Shown: one piece after another, positions 9,441-17,792 of the stretch
Position numbering within the stretch: position 1 is the stretch's first letter
How the letters are laid out: each line of letters begins with the position of its first letter
DNA from: Alkalilimnicola ehrlichii MLHE-1
GTDB lineage: Bacteria; Pseudomonadota; Gammaproteobacteria; Nitrococcales; Halorhodospiraceae
Assembly (NCBI RefSeq): GCF_000014785.1
Contig: NC_008340.1
Location: 210,001 to 242,000 of the forward strand
Reading direction: 5' to 3'
DNA: 32,000 nt
Notes under the pieces: generated by a model
Seen by the model: only the letters and a program-made list of their open reading frames with translations
Told to the model about the DNA's origin: nothing
Databases searched by the model: none
Translations under genes and position numbers: made by a program

Positions 9441-11144
9441 ATGAAAGCCTTCATGCGATGGGCGCTGGCAGTCGTGTTGTGTGCCGCCGCCGCGAGCGCG
9501 TTGGCGGACCAGGAGCTGACTGCCGAGGAGCGCGCCGCACAACTGGCGGAGACCGAGGCGGACACCGTGGAGGTGGCCGGCGACGGTCTGGCCGAGGAGA
9601 CCGCGGAGGCCGTGGCCCGGATGGCCAGCAGCAACTGGCAGGACGTGCGCGACGCCATCAACCGCCTGGCGGAGCTGAACGACGCCGATGCCCTCCCGGT
9701 GCTCCAGGCGCTGCAGGACCGGCGCCTGTTTTACGACCAGGACGAGCGCGTGCTGGTGGAGGATGCCCTTACCGGGCAGCTCCGTGATCCGGTGACCGGC
9801 GAGGACGTGGAGCGCGAGGGGCTTGATCTGAGCGAACCCCCGCTGACCAACCCCATCCGCCGCAGCCTGCGCCCGGTGATCGGGCAACTGCAGATCTTCT
9901 CCGATGAACTGCCCCTGCGCCTGTCGGCCGCCGAAGAACTGGCCGACCGACCGCAAGCCGCCATGCTGGATACCCTGCGGGAGGCCGTGGAGCAGGAGCA
10001 GAACGCCGAGGTGTCCCGCCTGCTCAACATCGCCATCGCCCGGCTGGAACTGGACGACGACGATGCCGAGGTTCGCCTGGCCGCCGTCGAGACCATCGCC
10101 GTGGTGCGCTCCAGCCGCCTGAAATCCCAGCTCCAGCGACTGCTGGCGGAAGGGCCGGACGGCGAGTACATCGAACCGGACGAGCGGGTCCGGGAGGCCG
10201 CCCGGGTGGCCATCGAGGCCATCGAGGCCCGGGAGCGGGTGGCCAGCGTGCTCAGCGACCTGGTCTACGGCCTGTCCATGGGCAGCGTGCTGCTGCTGGC
10301 GGCCCTGGGGCTGGCCATCATCTTCGGCCTCATGCGGGTCATCAACATGGCCCACGGCGAGCTGCTGATGATTGGCGCCTACGTCACCTTCCTGGTGCAG
10401 AACTTTTTCGTCGCGTTCATGCCCGGGCTGTTCAACTTCTACCTGGTGGCGGCGGTGCCGGTGGCCTTCATCGCCACCGCCCTGGTGGGTATCGCCATGG
10501 AACGGGGCGTCATCCGCTTTCTCTACAAGCGGCCGCTGGAGACCCTGCTGGCCACCTGGGGCATCAGCCTGATCCTCATCCAGACCATGCGCACCCTCTT
10601 CGGGGCGCAGAACGTGCGGGTCGCCAGTCCCGAGTGGTTCTCCGGCAGCGTGCAGTTGATGCAGGGGGTCTCCCTGTCCACCAGCCGCGTGGGGGTGATC
10701 CTGTTCGCCATCTTCGTGGTGGCACTGGTCTGGTTCCTGATGCAGCGCACCCGGCTGGGCCTGGAGGTCCGGGCGGTGATGCAGAACCGGGAGATGGCCG
10801 CCGCCCTGGGCGTCTCCGCCAACCGGGTGGATATGTGGACCTTCGCCGCCGGCGCCGGCGTGGCCGGCCTGGGGGGCGTGGCCCTGTCGCAGATCGTCAA
10901 CGTGGGGCCGCAGCTCGGCCAGGCCTACATCGTGGACAGCTTCATGGTGGTGGTGCTGGGGGGCGTGGGCAACGTGATGGGCTCGGTGGTCAGCGCCCTG
11001 GGCATGGGGGTCTTCTCCAAGTTCCTGGAGCCGGTGACCGGGGCCGTCATGGCCAAGATCCTGCTGTTCACCGCGATCATCCTGTTCATTCAGTGGCGTC
11101 CCCAGGGCATCTTCGCCCTCAAGGGCCGTTCCGCCGACGACTGA
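9441..11144 (+). CDS. urtB: Urea ABC transporter permease UrtB, long form with an N-terminal extracytoplasmic domain of ~255 aa
   Basis: The C-terminal ~300 aa is a LivH-type permease (INMAHGELLMIGAYVTF ...). The N-terminus has a signal peptide followed by an acidic helical region with HEAT-like repeats (LRLSAAEELAD, VRLAAVETIA, VREAARVAIEAIE). Confidence 0.9.
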   Translation: MKAFMRWALAVVLCAAAASALADQELTAEERAAQLAETEADTVEVAGDGLAEETAEAVARMASSNWQDVRDAINRLAELNDADALPVLQALQDRRLFYDQDERVLVEDALTGQLRDPVTGEDVEREGLDLSEPPLTNPIRRSLRPVIGQLQIFSDELPLRLSAAEELADRPQAAMLDTLREAVEQEQNAEVSRLLNIAIARLELDDDDAEVRLAAVETIAVVRSSRLKSQLQRLLAEGPDGEYIEPDERVREAARVAIEAIEARERVASVLSDLVYGLSMGSVLLLAALGLAIIFGLMRVINMAHGELLMIGAYVTFLVQNFFVAFMPGLFNFYLVAAVPVAFIATALVGIAMERGVIRFLYKRPLETLLATWGISLILIQTMRTLFGAQNVRVASPEWFSGSVQLMQGVSLSTSRVGVILFAIFVVALVWFLMQRTRLGLEVRAVMQNREMAAALGVSANRVDMWTFAAGAGVAGLGGVALSQIVNVGPQLGQAYIVDSFMVVVLGGVGNVMGSVVSALGMGVFSKFLEPVTGAVMAKILLFTAIILFIQWRPQGIFALKGRSADD

Positions 11145-11154
11145 GGGAATCAGC

Positions 11155-12249
11155 ATGCGACAACCCATGATCATGCGCCTGGCGGGGCTGCACTCTCCCA
11201 GGGGATGGCTGCTCTTCCTCCTGCTCAGCGCCGCCGTCCTGCTGCTGGTGCCGGTGCTCAACCGGGTGGTGCCGCCGGATTCGTTCTTCTACATGCCCAA
11301 CTGGATGGTCACCCTGCTGGGGCGCTTCCTCTGCCTGGCGCTGGTGGCCCTGGCCCTGGACCTGATCTGGGGCTACACGGGCATCCTCAGCCTGGGGCAC
11401 GGGGCCTTTTTCGCCGTGGGCGGCTACGCCATGGGCATGCACCTGACCCGCAACACCTACGAGGAGGGGAGCGTGCCCAACTTCATCCAGTTCCTGGGCA
11501 TGTCGGACTGGCCCTGGTTCTGGGCGCCCTTCGAGTACTTCTGGGCCACCGCCCTGCTGGTGGTGCTGGCCCCCGGGCTGCTGGCGCTGGTGTTCGGCTT
11601 CCTCGCCTTCCGCTCCCGGGTGCGGGGGGTCTACTTCGCCATCATCACCCAGGCCCTCACCTTCGCCCTGATGCTGCTCTTCTTCCGCACCGAGACGGGG
11701 CTGGGGGGCGACACCGGGCTCACCAACTTCCAGGAGGTGCTGGGCTTCTCCCTGCGCTCCAACGATGCCCGCCTGACCCTCTACCTGCTCAGCGGCGTGG
11801 TGCTGATCCTGGCCTACCTGCTCTGCCGGTTCATCGTCACCTCCAAGCTGGGCCGGGTGCTCACCGCAATCCGGGACGCCGAGAGCCGGGTGCGTTTCAC
11901 CGGCTATAACCCGCTGCGCTACAAGCTCTTCGTCTGGACCTTCTCGGCCATGCTCTGCGGCCTGGCGGGCGCCCTGTACGTGCCCCAGACCGGGGTGATC
12001 AACCCCGGCGAGATGGCCCCGGCGGTCTCCATCGAGATGGCCGTCTGGGTGGCCCTGGGCGGGCGCGGCACCCTGGTGGGGGCGTTGGCCGGGGCGGGCA
12101 TCGTCAACGGCGCCAAGAGCTGGTTCACCGCCGCCTACCCGGAGCTGTGGCTGTTCTTCCTGGGGGCGCTGTTCATCTTGGTGACCCTGTTCCTGCCCAG
12201 GGGGGTGGTGGGGCTGTTCGACCGCTTGCGCAAGGAGAAACGCTCATGA
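11155..12249 (+). CDS. urtC: Urea ABC transporter permease UrtC
   Basis: LivM-type permease, GILSLGHGAFFAVGGYAMGMHL. Position in the urt operon. The exact start is uncertain (ATG at 11155, 11167 or 11173). Confidence 0.9.
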   Translation: MRQPMIMRLAGLHSPRGWLLFLLLSAAVLLLVPVLNRVVPPDSFFYMPNWMVTLLGRFLCLALVALALDLIWGYTGILSLGHGAFFAVGGYAMGMHLTRNTYEEGSVPNFIQFLGMSDWPWFWAPFEYFWATALLVVLAPGLLALVFGFLAFRSRVRGVYFAIITQALTFALMLLFFRTETGLGGDTGLTNFQEVLGFSLRSNDARLTLYLLSGVVLILAYLLCRFIVTSKLGRVLTAIRDAESRVRFTGYNPLRYKLFVWTFSAMLCGLAGALYVPQTGVINPGEMAPAVSIEMAVWVALGGRGTLVGALAGAGIVNGAKSWFTAAYPELWLFFLGALFILVTLFLPRGVVGLFDRLRKEKRS

Positions 12250-13088
12250 AGCCGCTGGAACTGCTACAGGAGCTGCGCCGGCGTGACCGCGTCTTTCCCT
12301 TCATCGACGAGGCGCCGCCGCCCCATCCGAGGCTGGACACCCGCCACGGGCCCATCCTCTACGTGGAGGGCATCACGAAGAGCTTCGACGGCTTCAAGGC
12401 GCTCGACGACCTGACACTTTACGTGGGTGACGGGGAACTGCGCTGCCTGATCGGCCCGAACGGCGCCGGCAAGACCACGCTGATGGACGTGATCACCGGC
12501 AAGACGCAGCCCGATACCGGCCACGCCTGGTTCGGCCAACGCCTGAACCTGCTGCGCATGAACGAGCACGACATCGCCCAGGCGGGTATCGGGCGCAAGT
12601 TCCAGAAGCCCACGGTGTACGAGAACCTCACCGTCCACGAGAACCTGGAACTGGCCATGCACGCCCACCGGGGGCTGATGACCAGTCTGTTCTGGCGGCT
12701 GGACGGCGAGCAGCGGGACCGGGTGGATGAGATCCTGGAACTGATCGGGCTCAAGGAGGAGGGGCACCGGGCCGCCGGCCTGCTCTCCCACGGCCAGAAG
12801 CAGTGGCTGGAGGTCGGGTCGCTGCTGATGCAGAACCCCCGGCTGCTGCTGGTGGACGAGCCGGTGGCGGGCATGACCCCGGCGGAGACGGAAGCCACGG
12901 CCGAACTGCTGGTCTCCCTGGCCGGCAAGCACTCGGTGGTGGTGGTGGAGCACGACATGGAGTTCGTACGCTCCATCGCCCGCACCGTCACCGTCCTGCA
13001 CCAGGGCAGCGTGCTGGCCGAGGGCACCATGGACCAGGTGCAGAACGACCCGAAGGTGCGCGAAGTCTACCTGGGCGAGGAGGCGTGA
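12246..13088 (+). CDS. urtD: Urea ABC transporter ATP-binding protein UrtD
   Basis: Walker A GPNGAGKTT, signature LSHGQKQWLE, Walker B LLLVDEP. ATGA overlap with the urtC stop. Confidence 0.93.
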   Translation: MKPLELLQELRRRDRVFPFIDEAPPPHPRLDTRHGPILYVEGITKSFDGFKALDDLTLYVGDGELRCLIGPNGAGKTTLMDVITGKTQPDTGHAWFGQRLNLLRMNEHDIAQAGIGRKFQKPTVYENLTVHENLELAMHAHRGLMTSLFWRLDGEQRDRVDEILELIGLKEEGHRAAGLLSHGQKQWLEVGSLLMQNPRLLLVDEPVAGMTPAETEATAELLVSLAGKHSVVVVEHDMEFVRSIARTVTVLHQGSVLAEGTMDQVQNDPKVREVYLGEEA

Positions 13089-13089
13089 C

Positions 13090-13779
13090 ATGCTCGAGAT
13101 AAAGGGGCTCAACCAGTATTACGGCGGCAGTCACATCCTCAAGGGCGTGGATCTCGCCGTGGAGCAGGGCACCTGCGCCTGTCTCATGGGCCGCAACGGC
13201 ATGGGCAAGACCACCCTGCTCAAGTGCCTGATGGGCCTGGTGCCCATCGCCGATGGCAGCATCACCTTCCAGGGCCGGGAGATCAGCCGCTTGAGGCCCC
13301 AGCAGCGGGCGCGCATGGGCATCGGCTACGTGCCCCAGGGGCGGGAGATCTTCCCCCAGCTCACGGTGGAGGAGAACCTGCGGGTGCCCCTGGCGGGCAA
13401 GCGCTCAAGGGGTATCCCGGAGCGGATCTTCGAGCTTTTCCCGGTGTTGAAAGAGATGGCCCGCCGGCGGGGGGGCGACCTCTCCGGTGGGCAGCAGCAG
13501 CAACTGGCCATCGGCCGGGCACTGGTGCTGCAGCCTGAGATCCTGCTGCTGGACGAGCCCAACGAGGGCATCCAGCCCAATATCGTCCGCCAGATCGGCG
13601 AGGTGATCCGGATGCTGAACCGGGAGGAGGGCCTGACCATCCTGCTGGTGGAGCAGAAGCTGCCGTTCGCCCGCGCCACCGGTGATCACTTCACCCTGCT
13701 CAACAACGGCCGTGCGGTCGCCTCCGGCGCCATGAGTCAGCTCAGTGACGAGCTGATCCAGGAGCACATGACGGTGTGA
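13090..13779 (+). CDS. urtE: Urea ABC transporter ATP-binding protein UrtE
   Basis: Walker A GRNGMGKTT, signature LSGGQQQQLAIGRAL, Walker B LLLDEP. 229 aa. Confidence 0.93.
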   Translation: MLEIKGLNQYYGGSHILKGVDLAVEQGTCACLMGRNGMGKTTLLKCLMGLVPIADGSITFQGREISRLRPQQRARMGIGYVPQGREIFPQLTVEENLRVPLAGKRSRGIPERIFELFPVLKEMARRRGGDLSGGQQQQLAIGRALVLQPEILLLDEPNEGIQPNIVRQIGEVIRMLNREEGLTILLVEQKLPFARATGDHFTLLNNGRAVASGAMSQLSDELIQEHMTV

Positions 13780-13798
13780 GCCGCGTCACCACCGGTCC

Positions 13799-13828
13799 CC
13801 GGGGTTACCCACCATTGGGTACCCCCGG
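13799..13828 (+). terminator. Stem-loop after urtE (candidate terminator, no clear U-tract)
   Basis: ccggggttaccca-ccat-tgggtacccccgg, ~12-bp stem with one bulge, 20 nt after the urtE stop. Confidence 0.45.
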
Positions 13829-13943
13829 CTGGCTTGCTCCGCCTCCGATGGGTGATTTAACCGGCGTACCCTCTTTGCGACGCTGAGGGTGGCAGCGGAC
13901 GAGCGGGTCCGTCCGTCCACTCAGCAATCCGGGAGGGGGTGGC

Positions 13944-15221
13944 ATGGCCAGCGAGCGATTCAAACAGTACTCCATCCTGACCGCGAACACCTTTGCGTTC
14001 ACGATCATGTTCATGGTCTGGACCGTGTTCGGCGAGATCGGTGTGCCCATTCAGGAGGAGATGGGCCTGAGCGATACCCAGTTCGGTCTGCTGACGGCCG
14101 TACCCATTCTGACGGGCTCGCTAGTGCGTCTGCCCTTGGGGGCCTGGACGGACAAGTACGGCGGTCGGCCCGTGTTTTTCATCCTCATGCTGGCCGTGCT
14201 GCCGGGACTCTGGCTGGTGCAGTTCGCCACCGAGTACTGGCAGCTGCTGGTCCTGGGCGCCATGGTGGGTCTGGCGGGCGGCTCGTTTTCGGTCGGCATC
14301 ACCTACACGGCGAAATGGTTTCCGCGGGAGCGCCAGGGCCTGGCGATGGGTGTCTTCGGCGCGGGCAACGCCGGCGCGGCGGTGACCAAGTACGTGGCGC
14401 CGACCATCATCGTGGTGTTGAGCTGGCAGGCGGTGTCGAACATCTATGCCGCCATCGTGGTCGTTACCGCCATCCTGTTCTGGTTCTTCACCTATACCAA
14501 CCCAGAACACCGCACTGCGGACGCGCCGAAGCTGCGCGAGCAGATCGCCGTACTCAACGACCCGAAGGTCTGGAAGTACTGCCAGTACTACTCGGTGGTG
14601 TTCGGGGGCTACGTGGGCGTTTCGCTCTATCTGACCCGGTATTACATGCTCGAGTACGGTGTCGGTATCCAGCTCGCCGCCCTGATCGCCACCATCTTCG
14701 TGCTGCCCTCCGGCGTGATCCGGGCCTTCGGCGGCTGGCTGTCAGATCGCTTTGGCGCCCATACGGTGACCTGGTGGTGCATGTGGGCGAGCCTGGTGAG
14801 CTTCTTCTTCATGTCCTATCCGCCCACGGACTACACCATCCACGGCCTGGACGGCCAGACCACCACCTTACACCTGGCCATGCCGGTGTGGCTGTTCACG
14901 GCGCTGCTGTTTATCGTCGGTATCGCTTGGGGGATCGGCAAGGCCTCGGTGTTCAAGTACCTCTCCGATGAATACGACCGCAACCTGGGGCTGGTGTCGG
15001 GCATCGTGGGTTTGGCCGGCGGGATGGGCGGCTTCCTCCTGCCGCCCATGTTCGGTGCGCTGATCGACCTGACCGGGGTGCCCACCACCATCTGGATGCT
15101 CTGCTTCGGCTTCACCCTGGTCTCGGTGGTCTGGATGTGGTGGACCGAGCGCCGCGAGCCGGTGCTGACCCGCGACCGGTACCACCAGCCCACCCTGAAG
15201 GCGGACGATCAGACCCGCTGA
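13944..15221 (+). CDS. MFS transporter, nitrate/nitrite porter (NarK/NasA-like) family
   Basis: 12-TM-type profile. Two glycine-rich motifs, FGAGNAGAAV and GLAGGMGGFLLP, resemble the NNP nitrate-signature motifs. Also GAWTDKYGGRP after TM2. Confidence 0.75.
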   Translation: MASERFKQYSILTANTFAFTIMFMVWTVFGEIGVPIQEEMGLSDTQFGLLTAVPILTGSLVRLPLGAWTDKYGGRPVFFILMLAVLPGLWLVQFATEYWQLLVLGAMVGLAGGSFSVGITYTAKWFPRERQGLAMGVFGAGNAGAAVTKYVAPTIIVVLSWQAVSNIYAAIVVVTAILFWFFTYTNPEHRTADAPKLREQIAVLNDPKVWKYCQYYSVVFGGYVGVSLYLTRYYMLEYGVGIQLAALIATIFVLPSGVIRAFGGWLSDRFGAHTVTWWCMWASLVSFFFMSYPPTDYTIHGLDGQTTTLHLAMPVWLFTALLFIVGIAWGIGKASVFKYLSDEYDRNLGLVSGIVGLAGGMGGFLLPPMFGALIDLTGVPTTIWMLCFGFTLVSVVWMWWTERREPVLTRDRYHQPTLKADDQTR

Positions 15222-15232
15222 TTCGAGGGTCG

Positions 15233-15260
15233 AGGCGGGCGCCGGCCGCCGGGCCCGCCT
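15233..15260. terminator. GC-rich hairpin between convergent genes (candidate bidirectional terminator)
   Basis: aggcgggc-gccggccgccgg-gcccgcct, 8-bp stem. Lies in the 48-bp gap between the MFS stop (15221) and the TAXI stop (15270). Confidence 0.5.
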
Positions 15261-15269
15261 GCGTGGGGG

Positions 15270-16286
15270 CTACTCGGCCTCGGGCGGGATGCGGTCGCCG
15301 TCCACCGCGTAGCCCTGGTCCCGATAGTAGCGGATGGCGCCGGGGTGGAACCACATCACGGTGTTGCGGTCCAGGTGCTCCGGCCGGGTGTCTGCCGCTG
15401 CCGGGTGCAGGGCCTCCGACAGGTTCGGGTGCTCCAACACCCGGGCCATCAGCTCGTAGACCAGGTCCTCCGGCAGGTCCTTGCTGCCGATGGCGAAGTT
15501 CCAGAACGCCACCGAATGCTGGGTGGTGGTCTGGCTGTCGTAGGTCGCTGCGGGGATGCCGAAGGGGGCCACCGGGAAGGCCTCCACCAGCCGGGCCTGC
15601 TCCTCCTCCGTGAAGGTGAACAGATGCACGTCATGGCGCGCCTCCAGGTTCTGGAATGCCCGGATCGGGAGGCCGGCGCAGAAGGCGAAGGCATCCACCA
15701 GGTTGACCGCCACGTAGTCGGCGAGCTGGTTCGCGCCGTCGTACTGGTACTGCACGTCCTCCACGCCCAGGGCCTCCAGGAAGCGCGGCCAGTAGTTGGC
15801 ACAGGTGCCGCCCATCGGGCCCACCCCCACTCGGCGGCCGGCCAGGTCGCTGATCTCCTCGATCCCGGAGTCGGCCAGGGTGATGACCTGGAAGGGGGTC
15901 TGATACATCGGGAAGAGCGCGCGCACGTTACGCATCTCCACCCCGGGGGCCACGTCCGACTTACCGTGCCAGGCCTCCCGGGCCGGCCCCAGGGTGGTCA
16001 GGCCCAGCTCCACATCACCGCTGTGGACCAGGGCCATGTTGTGATAGGGCCCGCCGGTGTTCTCCGGCACGGTGTCCACCCCAAGCTCCTGACTGATCAG
16101 CCGCGCCAGCCCCTCGCCGTAGACCGCATAGGTGCCGCCGGGGGAGGCGGTTCCGAGACGCAGGGTGGCCTGCCACGGATTGTCCTCTGCCAGCGAGGGG
16201 GTGGCTGTGCCCAGCACCATCAAGGCAGGGATCCAAGCCGCCCAGGCCCAGCAGCGGCGGCGGTGAGTCGTTGGCTTTGCGTGCAT
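15270..16286 (-). CDS. TAXI-family TRAP-type solute-binding protein (no permease adjacent)
   Basis: Signal peptide (WAWAAWIPALMVLGTATPSLA), then LRLGTASPGGTYAVYGEGLARLISQELGV..ENTGGPYHNMALVHSGDVELG, typical of TAXI receptors. The start was moved to the ATG at 16286, preceded by GGGAGG; the track start at 16514 adds 76 Arg/Pro-rich residues. Confidence 0.8.
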   Translation of the reverse strand: MHAKPTTHRRRCWAWAAWIPALMVLGTATPSLAEDNPWQATLRLGTASPGGTYAVYGEGLARLISQELGVDTVPENTGGPYHNMALVHSGDVELGLTTLGPAREAWHGKSDVAPGVEMRNVRALFPMYQTPFQVITLADSGIEEISDLAGRRVGVGPMGGTCANYWPRFLEALGVEDVQYQYDGANQLADYVAVNLVDAFAFCAGLPIRAFQNLEARHDVHLFTFTEEEQARLVEAFPVAPFGIPAATYDSQTTTQHSVAFWNFAIGSKDLPEDLVYELMARVLEHPNLSEALHPAAADTRPEHLDRNTVMWFHPGAIRYYRDQGYAVDGDRIPPEAE

Positions 16287-16621
16287 CTCATACCTCCCGC
16301 GTCCATCCGGAGCGCTCCGCCGCCGGGAGGAGGCCGGCGGGCAGCGGCTCCGGGCATGTCTCATCCGATCATTATGGGCCGGAACGGGCCCGGTTTCCTG
16401 CGGCCGCTCGGTTGTCAAGGGCGAAAGCCAGCCCCTGTTACTCGGTTGTGCACATGCGGGCAAGCCGCTCCGGCCAGACTCGGCCCCTTCCCGTTCCGTC
16501 GGTTTCAGATCCAAAGCGTTTCATAACTCATTGATTTACTGGCTTCATGAGCCGACTGGTGGAAAAACCACCAATCCGGGGCGACCAGTATCGATCAAGC
16601 ACTTGGCGCCCTTTCCAGCAA

Positions 16622-16657
16622 CAATCCACAAAGTTATCCACAGTTTCTGTGGATGAC
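16622..16657. promoter_or_regulatory. Cluster of three DnaA-box-like 9-mers
   Basis: caATCCACA (16622-16630, 7/9), TTATCCACA (16634-16642, 9/9) and, inverted, TGTGGATgA (16649-16657, 8/9). The last two form the palindrome ATCCACAG-ttt-CTGTGGAT. Confidence 0.55.
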
Positions 16658-16765
16658 CGGGGTCGCCGGGCAAGCGCTTCCGGGGTCGGTCGGAGGTTGG
16701 GGCACTACGGCCAGTCGCCGCGGGGCTATGGACTGATTCGCGCCCGGTGCGGTCAGCCTCCCACG

Positions 16766-17773
16766 TCAACCCGCTGTTGGATAGCGCTCCATCAGGTAGC
16801 AGAGACAATCCTGGCGAATGACCCGCTCATCGCGGGTGAGCATGGCCGGCATCATTGGGCGCCGCAGCAGGATCTCGCCCCCTTCGTGAAAGAAATAGGC
16901 GTCGCAGGCCTCCTGGCCGGCATTGTCCTCGACGGACAGGAAGGCGTTGCTGCCGGGCCGGACGCGGCAGAAAGCGGTACCGGCGGGCAGCTCGTGGAAG
17001 TTCAGATTATCCAGATCGGGCAGCAGTTGCAGGTCCACGTCACGGCGGTCGAAGCCGAAGGTGTGCTGGCGCGGTATCCGTACGGTGGCCACGGTGTGGT
17101 AGACGCCCAGGTCGGCGGGCTCGACATGATCCGGAATCTCCTGCAGGTGCAGGGCGTCCTCGATGAAGGCGCGGGCGTGGGTGGCCGCCGCGCGGCTGCC
17201 GGGCTGGCCGCACTCCACGGTGACCGCCGGGCAGAGCTCCGCCAGCGCCAGCGACTGCACCCCGCGGGGACGGGTGAAGTAGACCAGGGTGCGCGAGAAG
17301 AGCGAGGCCAGGAAGAGGTAGCGGGCGTCGAGCCGGTTGACGCAGCCGTAGAAGGGGTTGCGGCCGGTGTTGTTGTGGATGTCCAGACTGGCGAACACCC
17401 CGCGGGCGGCCAGCCGGGCCACCACCTCGGCCATCAGCCGGCGCTCGGGACAGTCCGGGTAGTCGGTGCCTGGCCAGACGCGGTTGTAGTCCGGCTGGTG
17501 GTCGAGCCGGCGGACGCCGTGGCGCGCGGCCTGCACGTTACCGATGAACAGCGTAAGGGCGCGCGGCAGGGTCCGGCCGGACCAGTCCTTCAGCAGCGCC
17601 TGCACGGCCTCGATGCCGGTGGTCTCGTTGCCGTGCAGCAGGGTGGTGACAAACAGCGGCGGGTTGCGCCGGCCGGGGATGTGGATGAGGCTGGGGCCGC
17701 CGAGGATCTCCTCCATGGCGGTAGGGGGGGCTTGCAGGAAGCCGTCGGGTATCGCGTCGTAGACCTTGAGCAT
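16766..17773 (-). CDS. Succinylglutamate desuccinylase/aspartoacylase (AstE/AspA) family zinc hydrolase, M14-like
   Basis: 335 aa. LFVTTLLHGNETTG (HxxE zinc motif of the AstE/AspA type), DIHNNTG, TVECGQPG. Confidence 0.8.
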   Translation of the reverse strand: MLKVYDAIPDGFLQAPPTAMEEILGGPSLIHIPGRRNPPLFVTTLLHGNETTGIEAVQALLKDWSGRTLPRALTLFIGNVQAARHGVRRLDHQPDYNRVWPGTDYPDCPERRLMAEVVARLAARGVFASLDIHNNTGRNPFYGCVNRLDARYLFLASLFSRTLVYFTRPRGVQSLALAELCPAVTVECGQPGSRAAATHARAFIEDALHLQEIPDHVEPADLGVYHTVATVRIPRQHTFGFDRRDVDLQLLPDLDNLNFHELPAGTAFCRVRPGSNAFLSVEDNAGQEACDAYFFHEGGEILLRRPMMPAMLTRDERVIRQDCLCYLMERYPTAG

Positions 17774-17792
17774 GTCGTTATTGTAACGCCGG

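Noticed and set aside
13890-13904. Sigma54-like element TGGCAG-cggac-GAGC upstream of the NNP-type MFS gene
   Set aside because: GG-N10-GC spacing is present, but the -12 region (GAGC) lacks the TTGC core and no NtrC-like dyad lies upstream. This is too weak to call.
16500-16660. Chromosomal replication origin (oriC), suggested by the DnaA boxes and a locally A/T-richer stretch (16505-16545)
   Set aside because: Only three boxes were seen. There is no array of 13-mer-like AT-rich unwinding repeats that I can identify, and none of the genes that typically flank gammaproteobacterial origins (dnaA, dnaN, rpmH, gidA, mioC) is present. It is kept as a DnaA-box finding, not as oriC.
16731-16750. 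Weak resemblance of ggactgattcgcg to the TetR operator half (agactgatcgg)
   Set aside because: Only 7 contiguous matching bases, and there is no dyad partner. Considered chance.
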